Shown: in pieces, positions 53,384-64,000 of the stretch | Layout of the letters: every line of letters begins with the position of its first letter | Position numbering within the stretch: position 1 is the first letter of the stretch | Source: Octopus vulgaris | Taxonomy: Eukaryota | Assembly: GCA_951406725.2 (NCBI GenBank) | Contig: OX597833.1 | Span: forward strand, 45,198,001 to 45,262,000 | Direction of reading: 5' to 3' | Length of the DNA stretch: 64,000 nucleotides | Position numbers and translations under genes: made by a program | The notes under the pieces: generated by a model | Databases searched by the model: none | What the model saw: only the letters and a program-made list of their open reading frames with translations | Told to the model about the DNA's origin: nothing

Positions 53384-54308
53384 CAGTGGTTCCCACCTGG
53401 GGTCTTATATGATCCTCGGAGAAGGTCTATATGATCCTTGGGCAAGGTCTATATGGCCTTCGTGGAAGGTCCATATTGCCCTCAGGGAAGGTTCATATGG
53501 TCTTCAGGCAAGGTCCATATGGCCCTTGAGGAAGGTCCATATGGCCCTCAAGGAAGGTTAATATGGCTTTTGTGAAGGTCCATATTGCCCTTGGGCAAGG
53601 TCCATATAGCCCTCGAGCAAGGTCTATATGACCCTTGAGGAAGGTTCATATGGCCCTCGAGGAAGGTTAATATGGCTTTTGTGTAGGTCTATATTGCCCT
53701 TGAGGGAAGGTTCATATGGTCCTCGGGCAAGGTCTATATGGCCCTTGAGCAAGGTCCATATGACCCTTGAGGAAGGTCCATATGGCCCTCGTGGAAGATT
53801 AATATGGCTTTTGTGTAGGTCCATATTGCCCTTGGGGAAGGTCCATATAAAATTTTGTTAAAATTTATCTGCAATAAATAGGTTATTCTTCTACAGTACA
53901 CAAAATATTTTAATTATTTTTATAGTTCCTAATAATATTTAATTATAAAAATACTAAAGGGTTTTTTGTAACATTCAACGGCTAGGAGAGTCCATCCAAG
54001 TAAAATAGGAATCAAAGGGTTCTATAGATAGGAAATAGTTAAGAAACTGAATATAAGGTGGCGAGCTGGCAGAAATGTTAGCACGCTGGGCAAAATGCTT
54101 AGCTGTATTTCGTCTGCCGTTACGTTCTGAGTTCAAATTCCGCCTAGGTCGACTTTGCCTTTCATCCTTTCGGGGTCGATAAATTAAGTACCAGTTATGC
54201 ACTGGGATCGATGTAATTGACTTCATCCCTTTGTCTGTCCTTGTTTGTCCCCTCTATGTTTAGCCCCTTGTCGGCAATAGAGAAATAGGAAATAGTTGAG
54301 AAACACTG
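53384..54308. mobile_element. hAT element with an internal ~21-22 bp tandem array (53400-53848) and a nested SINE
   Basis: TIR cagtggttccca / tgagaaacactg; TSD atttagag / atttagaa; unit ggaaggtccatatggccctcga. Confidence 0.75.
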
Positions 54309-55916
54309 ATTTAGAATATACAAAATACTACAACACATAAAGTACAGGTTAAAGAACAGGGTGTGTAAGACGATATATAATTGGATCTGCTTTTGGAGAG
54401 AAAGTGAGACAGACTGACAGAATGGGTAGCTTGTTGTATCTAATTTGGTGCGTGTTCACCTAAAATGATTTTGTCTTGAAGGATAGGTCCAAAAGAAACA
54501 GTAACATAGAAGATCTAAAACTACCAGCTAACTATAACACTAACTCTAACACTAGCCAATAGAATTCAGTCTTGTACCCATTTCAAAATAAATTTGTATT
54601 TTTAATTAAAAAAAATAATTGGCAAGAGTATAATTTTCCAGATTTCAAACTTCATCTTTAATGTATATATATTTACTCTGTTTACTTCTATTTTATATTT
54701 AAGTTTGTTCTTTGTCTTATTCTGGGATGTGCATAGTGTAGTAGACAAGACACTGGTCATCCCAGGGCTATAGTTGGGGACGTTTAGTCAAGGTGCTGTG
54801 CAGTGGAACTGAACCCAAAACTACATGGTTGCAAGTAAGCTACTTAACCACAGAGCCATGCCTATTACACAAAAGAGTGGCTGTGTGATAAGAAGCTTGC
54901 TTCCCAATCACACGGTTCCAGGTTCAGTCCCACTTGACAAATGTTTGCCTTGGTTTAGAAATAAACCAAGGGAAAAGACGTTAAGAAAATTATTGCATAC
55001 TTTAGTGTCTTATTTTAATGCTGTAATATTCCATTGGATTAGTGGCAGCACGTGGCTTAGTGGTTAGGGTGTTGGACTCATGATTGTGGTTTCAATTCCT
55101 AGACTGGGTGACATGTTGTGCTCTTGAGCAAAACACTTCATTTCACATTGCTCCAGTCCACTTAGCTGGTAAAAATGAGTAATCTTGCAACAGTCTGGCG
55201 TCCCCTCAAGGTGGTGAATATATATACTACAGAAACTGAGAAACTGGCTCAAGGAGTCATTATGACTCCTCTCCTGTTCCATTGTAATGTCATCATAATT
55301 CTGTTATTCATATCACCACTGCATATTCAATCAGGTTGCTTGCTGTTTTTTTAATTCTATTATGCATGTTGTGTTTAGACATATGCTGTTGGTTGGAATA
55401 AATTAAAACTGTCTAAGTTCTAGCTTAAATCTCTTCCAGACATTCTTCTCGACTACATAACCGATGATCATAACATAAAGATGTAAATTTTGAAAATATG
55501 TTTCATCTTTCAAGATGAGCTTAATGTCAAGCTTTGTAATTTACTTATATCATAAGCAAGGTATAGGAGCAAAAATTAAATAGACGTAAACTACAAATTT
55601 CTATCTCACTGTAACAGAAGCACAACCAACAGCAGAATGTATGAGAAGGTGTAACAACATTAACCGTGATCCTGTAGCAATGGGATCAACCCATTTATCT
55701 TAATCACAATATATATAAGAAAGAAAATAAGAAAAAAACCCATAAAACTTATACATGTCATGTAACTGGTAGTTTTTAATTATTTAAATGAATATATAGT
55801 ATTTGTTATATATTTATTAAGAGTTCAATACATGACACTTAATAATTCAGAATCTTATAGTAACATCAAATTATGTCATACATTTAGATATTAATAAAAT
55901 CAAATCGATTTAACAG

Positions 55917-56086
55917 GAAGAAAAATCATTCTCAGAAGACTAGTAATGGAAATTTGAAAAGTGAACATCCATACGCTGAATCTATTATCGTGAGTCAGTC
56001 CCAGTTGAAAGAAATATTGAAATCAGTAGGGAAAATACCTTCTTCTACAGTTGTAACCAAAGATAACCAGTCGCAAAATTTACCCC
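55917..56086 (+). CDS. Predicted exon of the CCDC66-like gene
   Basis: Phase-2 entry matches the previous exon (alternative acceptor at 55888). ESIIVSQSQLKEILKSV resembles the CCDC66 SLVCLTQDQLQQILMTV motif as I recall it. Donor |gtaagt, phase 1. Confidence 0.65.
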
Positions 56087-56664
56087 GTAAGTCTTGAATT
56101 TTCTGCATTTTCATCTTCATTGTCTTTCTTTTATATTTTTGAAACTGGTTTCAGATATTAGAAAGAGGCCATGCTGGGGTTACCATGATGGTCTTTTCTC
56201 CTTGGAGATGGCTGGTCTTGTGTCTCCACCATCTGGGGTCCCTCTAAATGAGCACCATCATCATACAAGTGATATTGTTCATTTCCAGCCTTCTCTGGAA
56301 TTATGTATCTAGCTATGGGGAAAATATTACCTTGCTTGGGAAACAGGTGAGGGTTGGTGATAGGAAAGGCATCTGGTTATACAAAATATGTCTCAACAAA
56401 TGCTGTCTGATCTATGTAAGCAATGGAAAAGTGGATGTTAAATAATGATGATGATGGTGGTAGTGGTGACACTGATGCTGACAATGATGTATATATATAT
56501 ATATATATGAGTGGCTGTGTGGTAAGTAGCTTGTTTGCCAGCCACATGGTTCCGGGTTCAGTCCCACTGCGTGGCACCTTGAGCAAGTGTCTTCTACTAT
56601 AGCCTCAGGCCGACCAAAGCCTTGTGAGTGGATTTAGTAGACGGAAACTGAAAGAAGCCCATCG

Positions 56665-56699
<35 letters not shown>

Positions 56700-56703
56700 T
56701 ATA

Positions 56704-56971
56704 TTGAGGGTACTACTATTCGTAGATACCACACGCTAAGAGGGTGTAATGTTATGTTTTTTCTTATATTTCTTGAGTTTGTTGCACTGATGAACATGAA
56801 ATGCATATTCTGCATTAAATGCGAAATCACATGTGATATGTAACTGAATTCTTTTTTTAAAATGATGTGTTTTGAAGTTTTGCATTCGGTAAAATTTGGT
56901 TTTATTTTTAGTAGTTTTGACCGCATTGGTCCCTCTTAGCGTGTGGTATCTACGAATAGTAGTACCCTCAA
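56704..56971. mobile_element. MITE with ~41-bp perfect TIRs inserted in a SINE's TA tract
   Basis: ttgagggtactactattcgtagataccacacgctaagaggg and its exact reverse complement; TA flanks. Confidence 0.85.
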
Positions 56972-57081
56972 TATAATATAAATGAATATTTTCAAAGAGG
57001 AAGAATTTACGGATTTTTTCTCTTACGAGGTTTTTCACGCTAACTACTGATAATTTCTTTTAAAGATTTTATCCTCAATTG

Positions 57082-57128
<47 letters not shown>

Positions 57129-57344
57129 TTGTGTGTCTGTGTTTGTCCCCCTAGCATTGCTTGACAACCGATGCTGGTGTGTTTATGTCCCCGTCACTTA
57201 GTGGTTCGGCAAAAGAGACTGATAGAATAAGTACTGGGCTTACAAAGAATAAGTCCTGGGGTTGAGTTGCTCGATTAAAGGTGGTGCTCCAGCATGGCCA
57301 TAGTCAACTGACTGAAACAAGTAAAAGAGTAAAGAGTATATATA

Positions 57345-58198
57345 CGAGGTCTGATCAATAAGTAACTGGACTGTTACTGGCCATGGTAACAAAGCTAAAG
57401 CACGCAGAATGAAGCCACTTGGCAAAAATTGACCTTGAACTCTGCTGTGCATGCACACTAAGTTTTAATGTTCTAGCTCACTTCCGCTGTTTACAGCAGT
57501 GCTTGGAAGGAAAGTGTGTAGCATGTGATTGTCACATTGACCCTGACAAAGCAAGTTGTCACGGCGATACCTGCTCAGAGGCTTACGCAAAATGTTCAAG
57601 TGGTTCAGCTGTTTCCAAGATGGCTGAAAAATATCAATATTGATGAGTGTTCTGGGAGACCTGCAATCAGCAGAACTGAGAAGAACCTTGCAGATGTGTA
57701 TGCAGCTGTGAGGGGAAATCATTGAATCATTATCCATGAGTTATTAGAGGATGTGCAGATTAGTTATGGTCCAGTCCAGTCCATTACCACTGAAGATTTG
57801 GGTATGAGATGCATGTCTGCCAAGTTCATGCCCAAAATTGCTTTTCAGTTGACCAAAAAGACACTTGGGTTTCAGTTGCACAAGATCTCCCCGGTGGCGT
57901 CGAGAATGATGAAAACCTTTTGAAAACTTTGCGTAAGCTTCTGAGCAAGTTCTGCCAAGCTTTTGGAAAAATTTGATGCAGATTCTCTGCTCAACTTTCT
58001 TTGTCATGGTCAGTACGAGGATCACATGCTACACATTTCTTCTAAGCACTGCTGTAAACAGCAGAAGTCAGCTAGAATGTTAAGAAACAGTGCACATGCA
58101 CAGCAGATTTTAAGGTCAATCTGTGCCGAGCAGCTTGACTCTGCATGCTTTAGCTTCGTTACTATGGCAACAGTCTGGATACTTATTGATCAGACCAC

Positions 58199-58199
<1 letters not shown>
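57345..58199. mobile_element. Foldback-type mariner derivative with ~250-bp inverted arms
   Basis: TIR cgaggtctgatcaataagta; arms include the transposase start EQRICIKFFQKLG; TA flanks. Confidence 0.8.
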
Positions 58200-58232
<33 letters not shown>

Positions 58233-58399
58233 GCAGGAGTGGCTGTGTGGTAAGTAGCTTGCCTACCAACCACATGGTTCTGGGTTTAGTCCCACTGCGT
58301 GGCATCTTGGGCAAGTGTCTTCTGCTATAGCCCCGGGCCAACCAATGCCTTGTGAGTGGATTTGATAGACGGAAACTGAAAGAAGCCTGTCGTATATAT

Positions 58400-58435
<36 letters not shown>

Positions 58436-58894
58436 TTGTGTGTCTGTGTTTGTCCCCCTAGCATTGCTTGACAATCGATGCTGGTGTGTTTACGTCCCCG
58501 TTACTTAGCGGTTCGGCAAAAGAGACCGATAGAATAAGTACTGGGCTTACAAAGAATAAGTCCCGGGATCGATTTGCTCGACTAAAGGTGGTTCCCAAAC
58601 TATGAGTCGTGACCCACAGATGGGCCGCGAACGGAATCTTAGTGGGTTGCAAAAAGTTATAAAATTACGCATTAGCTTTGATTAACTGCTGTTAATGTTT
58701 TTACTCAGTAGAGTTAAGTGGGGTCATCATAAACTGGTGTGATAAATAGTGGGTCGCGACTCTAGAAAGTTTGGGAACCACTGCATTAAACCATTGGCAT
58801 CACTATATTTAATTAGAAAATTCAGTCTCTCAACCATCAGTTGCTTTGATATCTGATCTAGTGGTTTATGAATTATATGTATTTGTATTTCCAG

Positions 58895-58949
58895 GTAGTA
58901 CGGATGAAATCTCTAAGAAGCCAAGCAAAACTGATCAACAAAAACAAAG
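58895..58949 (+). CDS. Predicted exon of the CCDC66-like gene
   Basis: tttgtatttccag| acceptor, phase-1 entry, STDEISKKPSKTDQQKQ, donor AAG|gtattc phase 2 matching the next exon. The frame stays open to 59094, so a longer form is possible. Confidence 0.55.
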
Positions 58950-59144
58950 GTATTCATTTATTAAAACTGAACAAATTACAAAATATCTTACTCCTCCGTC
59001 AGCGACTGTCATCAATGGAGGGAAAGAATTGTCGGTTTCTGTTGAAAATTCAAGTAATATCAAAGGGGAGACAAATCCCGAAAGTTTAAGTTAACGCTAT
59101 AGCTGTGCTGTTTTCAATTCTGAAAATGTATGCGCGCGCACACA

Positions 59145-59191
<47 letters not shown>

Positions 59192-59336
59192 ACGCACACA
59201 TATACACATACACTCACACACATGCAGGCAGATAGGCATGCACCTACAAATTTGTGGTCTTACGTCAATGCTTGAAATCAACTATACAAGCCTCCCACAG
59301 CTAACAGTGGCGAATTATACCTACGTGTGGTTCCTA

Positions 59337-60596
59337 TTGGGTCATCCCATAAATAATGCGGTTTTTTAATACTTCTTTTATGTTTCAAAATTAAGATTGA
59401 CAAAGTTCTTTTTTAATCTAAAATATACTTTCATTAATTTTTTACAATGCTCTTCCATCCATCTGGTAGACTTGCAAGGCCCTTCTTTCAAAATTCATTT
59501 GTCTATGATGGAAAATACTCCTCCAGTATTGTTCTAACCTCGTCTTCAGAATTTATATTTTTCTGTCCAAATGATTTTGAAGACTGTGGAATAATTGATC
59601 AGATGGGGCAATGTTCAGTGAATATGGTGGTAGGGGTATTGTTTCCCATTCAAACTGCTCCAGCCTTTGGAATGTCATCCTTGCTCTATGTGACCAGGCA
59701 TTATCACCTTTCGTCTTGAAACCAAAGACGGTTGTTTTCTTCTAGCACTGACTTAAACCACTCAAGCTGCTCACAGTAGATCTCCTTTGTTATCGTTTGG
59801 TTTGAGTTTAAAAGTTCAAAGTGGACTAAACCTTTAATATCTCACTAAACAGATAACAACACCTTACATGGGTGAAGACCTCCTTTAGCCTGGGGTGCCG
59901 GTGTTTCTCCTTTCCCTACCCTTTGTTTTCAGTGCTTGACATATTTATAGAGAACCCATTTCTCGTCACCAGTCACTATTTGGTCCAAAAAAGGTAAAGG
60001 TTCATTCATGAGACGTGACGACAAGGAAGAGCACACATTCACTCTCTGCACGTGATTAGACTCAGAATGTTTGTGAGGAACACATTGGCCCAAATTTCTG
60101 ACTTTTCCAATGGCACACAGGTGTTGATGAATGGTTGAATGACCAAATCCAAGCTGCTCTGATGGTTCCTCAACAGTTACGGTAGGATTTTGTTCCACCA
60201 AGGCTTGCAGGATGTACTCGCTGAGCTCTACAGGTCTTCCAGAATGAGTCTCATCTTCTAGACTGTAGTTTCTGGGACCCCATTGACACTGGCTTATACT
60301 TATTGTCCAATGCCCATATACTGCATTGATATTCCTCACACTTTCCATTGCATTGTTGTCTTTATTGAACTCATAAAGCAAAATATGCTGATTATGCTCC
60401 TTTGTCCCTTCCAATATAGCTTTGAAAAAAATAACTGTTAAAATCGAACTGCACTCTTCAAAACTTGCACCAAGAAAGAATAAGGTAAAATCACTACCTG
60501 CTTTTACAGCAAGTTGATGCAGATACTTTATCCTGTTCCCCTCTGACTTTTAGTTCATGCAATTGAAAAAATTGCATTATTTATGGGATGACCCAA
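59337..60596 (-). mobile_element. Near-full-length mariner element with a decayed transposase
   Basis: TIR ttgggtcatcccataaataatgc with TA TSD; ORF 59929-60414 ends FLDQIVTGDEKWVLY; stops and frameshifts present. Confidence 0.92.
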
Positions 60597-61721
60597 TATA
60601 TACTACTTAACCCTCTTGGGACATCCAGGCTGATTTATCGGCCCAAGTGAGAGAAGCTGAAAGGACTTTGTGGCCGATTCATCAACCTGATAGAAGAAAT
60701 GTTCTTTTCTACTCTAGGCACAAGGCCCGAAATTTTGGGGGAGGGGGTCAGTCGATTACATTGCTAGCATGCAACTGGTACTTAATTTATCAATCCTGAA
60801 AGATTGAAAGGCAAAGTCAACCTCGATGGAATTTGAACTCAGAACATAAAGGCAGACGAAATACTGCTAAGCATTTCACCCGGTGTACTAACATTTCTGC
60901 CAGCTTGCTGCCTTTGATGGAACAAATGTTGTGAATGGTTGGTTTTGAAGTGTAATAGCTAATCAGAGATCATCTTTCAGTAGCTGTATCTCAATAGAAA
61001 AAAAATTTTGGCCTTTTCGGCTACACATACCAAAACACCATATGTCTCAAAAGGGTTAGTGGACTGGGGCAGTCCATAATTTTTTTTGTGGTGTTGAATG
61101 AGATAAGATTGGTTTGGTTCATTGCAGGATGCTTTCAACGTCTCTGTTTACAGATTCTCTGCAAATTTGGTATGAGGCATCTAGAACATATGTGGATGAT
61201 ACTTAAGTGTAGAAGATGAAGGAGGAGTGGGTGTGGCTTTTATTGGAGATGATGGTACAAACCATGAAGCAGAACATAGTTGCTGTCACCTACCAGTCTT
61301 GGAGAATCCTTTTACTCTTTAACGTTTAAACTGGCCGTATCCAGCTAAAATATTCTACCTGAGGCACAAAGGTTGCTCTTATCTTAAGGTGCAATCAGTA
61401 ACAGTCCCTCCAAGCATCAGATTATGGGAAACCATGCATATGCTCCACCCGACCTCAGGCCATAAAGGACTATGACCCTATGATTGCTCCCAGCACACAT
61501 CTACTGCTTGCAACATGTCCATAAGGAAGAGGCTGTTTGAACCCACTGCTTCGTGACATGATGTTATTTCCTCTCCCTTCTGGTCTCTTGACATGACGTC
61601 ACTCCCTCTCCCTTCCGGTCACTCATCCTTCTTCCACACTGTTTTATTTTCAAACTGGTCATATTTGACCTTTCACACTTACTCTGCTAAATAATTCTAG
61701 AAATAAACAATCAGATCAGCA

Positions 61722-61759
<38 letters not shown>

Positions 61760-62200
61760 AATTATTGTATACAGTGCTCAGGTGCACCACAACTTGTCAG
61801 AAAGTGCATATAAAGTATATGCAGTAATGTACAAATGTCTGGAAAGCGAACAATGTATGAGTCAGATACATGCTTGTGTGTGTATGGCGGGGAGAAAATC
61901 AGGTGTAGTTTTGGTGAATCTCAGAAAGCTTGGAAGTTTTGAAGGATGCAGTGCTCCGACAACTAACAACTGATGCTGGCAGTTTGTTCCATACTTCAGC
62001 AACTCTTAGTGTGAAAAAATGTTTCCTAAAGTCATGGGAGCTGTGCTGTTTTCTGACTTTGTAAATATGTCCACGGGTGTGTGATGGGTGGAGTTTGAAA
62101 AGGTGCTCAGAGTTATTGTTTGTAAGATGGTTAATAATTTTATGGGTGTCTGCCAAGTCAGCTGCCAGACGTCAGAGTTTCAATGTGTCCATGCCCAGGG
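61722..62200 (-). mobile_element. CR1-like LINE 3' end with (TTA)n tail
   Basis: HTRGHIYKVRKQHSSHDFRKHFFTLRVAEVWNKLP motif; (aat)n at 61722-61756. Confidence 0.85.
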
Positions 62201-62367
62201 AATCCATGACTAATTGAAAACAATGTGAATAAACAAATGTTATATTTGACAGGGAAATCTGAATACTAAAGGGTCGAGATGTAGAACCCTCTGTGCTTAG
62301 TTTCTAATTATCTGTTTATTGTTTTCACTTAAATAACAGTATATTCTCTGCAAATTTTGTTTTCCAG

Positions 62368-62564
62368 TCACAATAAAGAAATGTATATTCACCATGAAGT
62401 GCAAGCGAAATTCAGCCGACCAGACTATAGTCCAAAGAACTTTGCCAAAAGTGAACTAGTCCTAGCAAAACCAAATAAGGATCAACAGTCTACACAATGT
62501 GCAGAGAAACCTGTTCTGTTAACACTCGCAGAAAGAAAGAAGCAACAATGGTTAAAAGAGAAAG
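62368..62564 (+). CDS. Predicted exon of the CCDC66-like gene (gene continues out of the window)
   Basis: ttttgttttccag| acceptor with phase-2 entry; ends LLTLAERKKQQWLKEK, resembling CCDC66 SLEAKKAQWRKE; donor AAG|gtattg. Confidence 0.7.
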
Positions 62565-62933
62565 GTATTGCTCTTTTTTACTGTGTGGCACCTTGGGCAA
62601 ATGTCTCCTACTTACTACAGCCTTGGCCTACCAAAGCCTTGTGAGTGGATTTAGTAGACGGAAACTGAAAGAGGCCTGTCATGTATGTATGTGTGTATGT
62701 ATGTATCTCTCTCTCTCTTTTATCTCTCTTTTACTTGTTTCAGTCATTTGACTGCGGCCATGCTGGAGCACCACCTTTAGTCAAGCAAATCAACCCCGGG
62801 ACTTATTCTTTGTAAGCCTAGTACCTATTCTATCAGTCACTTTTTGCCGAACCGCTAAGTGACGGGGACGTAAGCACACCAGCATTGGTTGTCAAGCAAT
62901 GCTAGGGGAAAAAATACAGACACACAAACACAT

Positions 62934-62996
<63 letters not shown>

Positions 62997-64000
62997 CATA
63001 TATACGACAGGCTTCTCTCAGTTTCCGTCTACCAAATCCACTCACAAGGCATTGGTCGGCCCGGGGCTATAGCAGAAGACACTTGCCCAAGATTCCACGC
63101 AGTGGGACTGAACCCAGAACTATGTAGTTGGTTAGCAAGCTACTTACCACACAGCCACTCCTGCGCCTATGTCTGTATGTATGTATGTATGTTGTTGTTG
63201 TTGTCTTCCTCTTCTTCTTCCAATCAGGACTCACGCCATTAGCCACCTCTAATTTGAGCCTACTGTAAGTTACTAAGAATGTGTGTGGCAACTTGAAGAT
63301 CCACCCACCACACGCGATAGACTGGTGGTTGCATGGGTGCAAAAGCTACGTTGTTATCCTCATTCCATAAATGGTGGTTTTTAACGGGTGGAGAGCTGAA
63401 CCATCCTGGGGTACAGAGGATTCGCAATCTAGATTAGGATCTGAAAATTTACCACACCACAGTGGGTTACACCATGGTTCCTCTGCTTTGTGACAGAAGT
63501 AGGAAGATAGAGTGAGAGAAAGTTGTGGTGAAAGAGTACAGCGGGGTTCCTCCCCCACCCACCGCCGGAGCCTCATGGAGCTTAGGTGTTTTTGCTCAAT
63601 AAACACTCACAAAGCCCGGTCTGGGAATCGAAACCGCGTTCTTACGATCGCAAGTTCGCTGCCCTAACCACTGGGCCATTGTGCCTCTACTGTTGTTGTT
63701 GTTGCTGTTGCTGCTTGTTTGTTTGTTTTTTTGTTGAGCGAAGCGGTCTTCGTCCGTAGTGGGAGAAGTCCGATACGTGGTCCTTTGCTATTTGTAAGAC
63801 CCGCAGAAGAGAAAGCAAGTCAACCCCCGACACCGAGAGCATCGACGGATGGATGAATGTGCATCCAGGCTCGGCGGCTACGAAGGAAATTGGGGGACCA
63901 GAAACTGGAAGAAAGGGTGCGAGAAAGTTGGAGCGAAAGAGTACAATAGGGGTCGCCACCAGCCCCTGCCGGAGCCTCGTGGAGCTTTTAGGTGTTTTCC

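Noticed and set aside
53400-53861. Repeat array and its ORFs as CRISPR or a coding repeat
   Set aside because: Contiguous tandem units inside a hAT element.
55618-55648. Possible micro-exon (STTNSRMYEK) of the plus-strand gene
   Set aside because: Weak donor (gtgtaa) and not required for phase continuity.

Overview
This is AT-rich, repeat-dense animal genomic DNA, not prokaryotic. The SINE families and (TA)n/(CA)n load look like a coleoid cephalopod, probably Octopus (pattern-based inference). Minus strand: an intronless glomulin (GLMN) ORF (10654-12579) lies inside a ~24 kb intron of a same-strand host gene. The host exons 24628-24685 and 241-334 splice in frame into a mitochondrial presequence-like N-terminus. 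The same first exon spliced to the acceptor in front of GLMN would instead give a 22-aa uORF, suggesting a shared promoter and first exon. Centre: two identical, divergently oriented tRNA-Leu(TAG) genes. Plus strand: a multi-exon CCDC66-like gene (exons at 52099, ~55917, 58895 and 62368) downstream of a CCAAT box plus an RFX X-box. The remainder is tRNA-derived SINEs, LINE fragments (RTE, CR1, CRE-like, R4-like), mariner/Tc1, hAT, Merlin-like, TTAA-flanked and Helitron non-autonomous elements, Penelope-like foldbacks carrying minimal hammerhead-like motifs, and a templated insertion copied from 15 kb away. All exon models are predictions read by eye.
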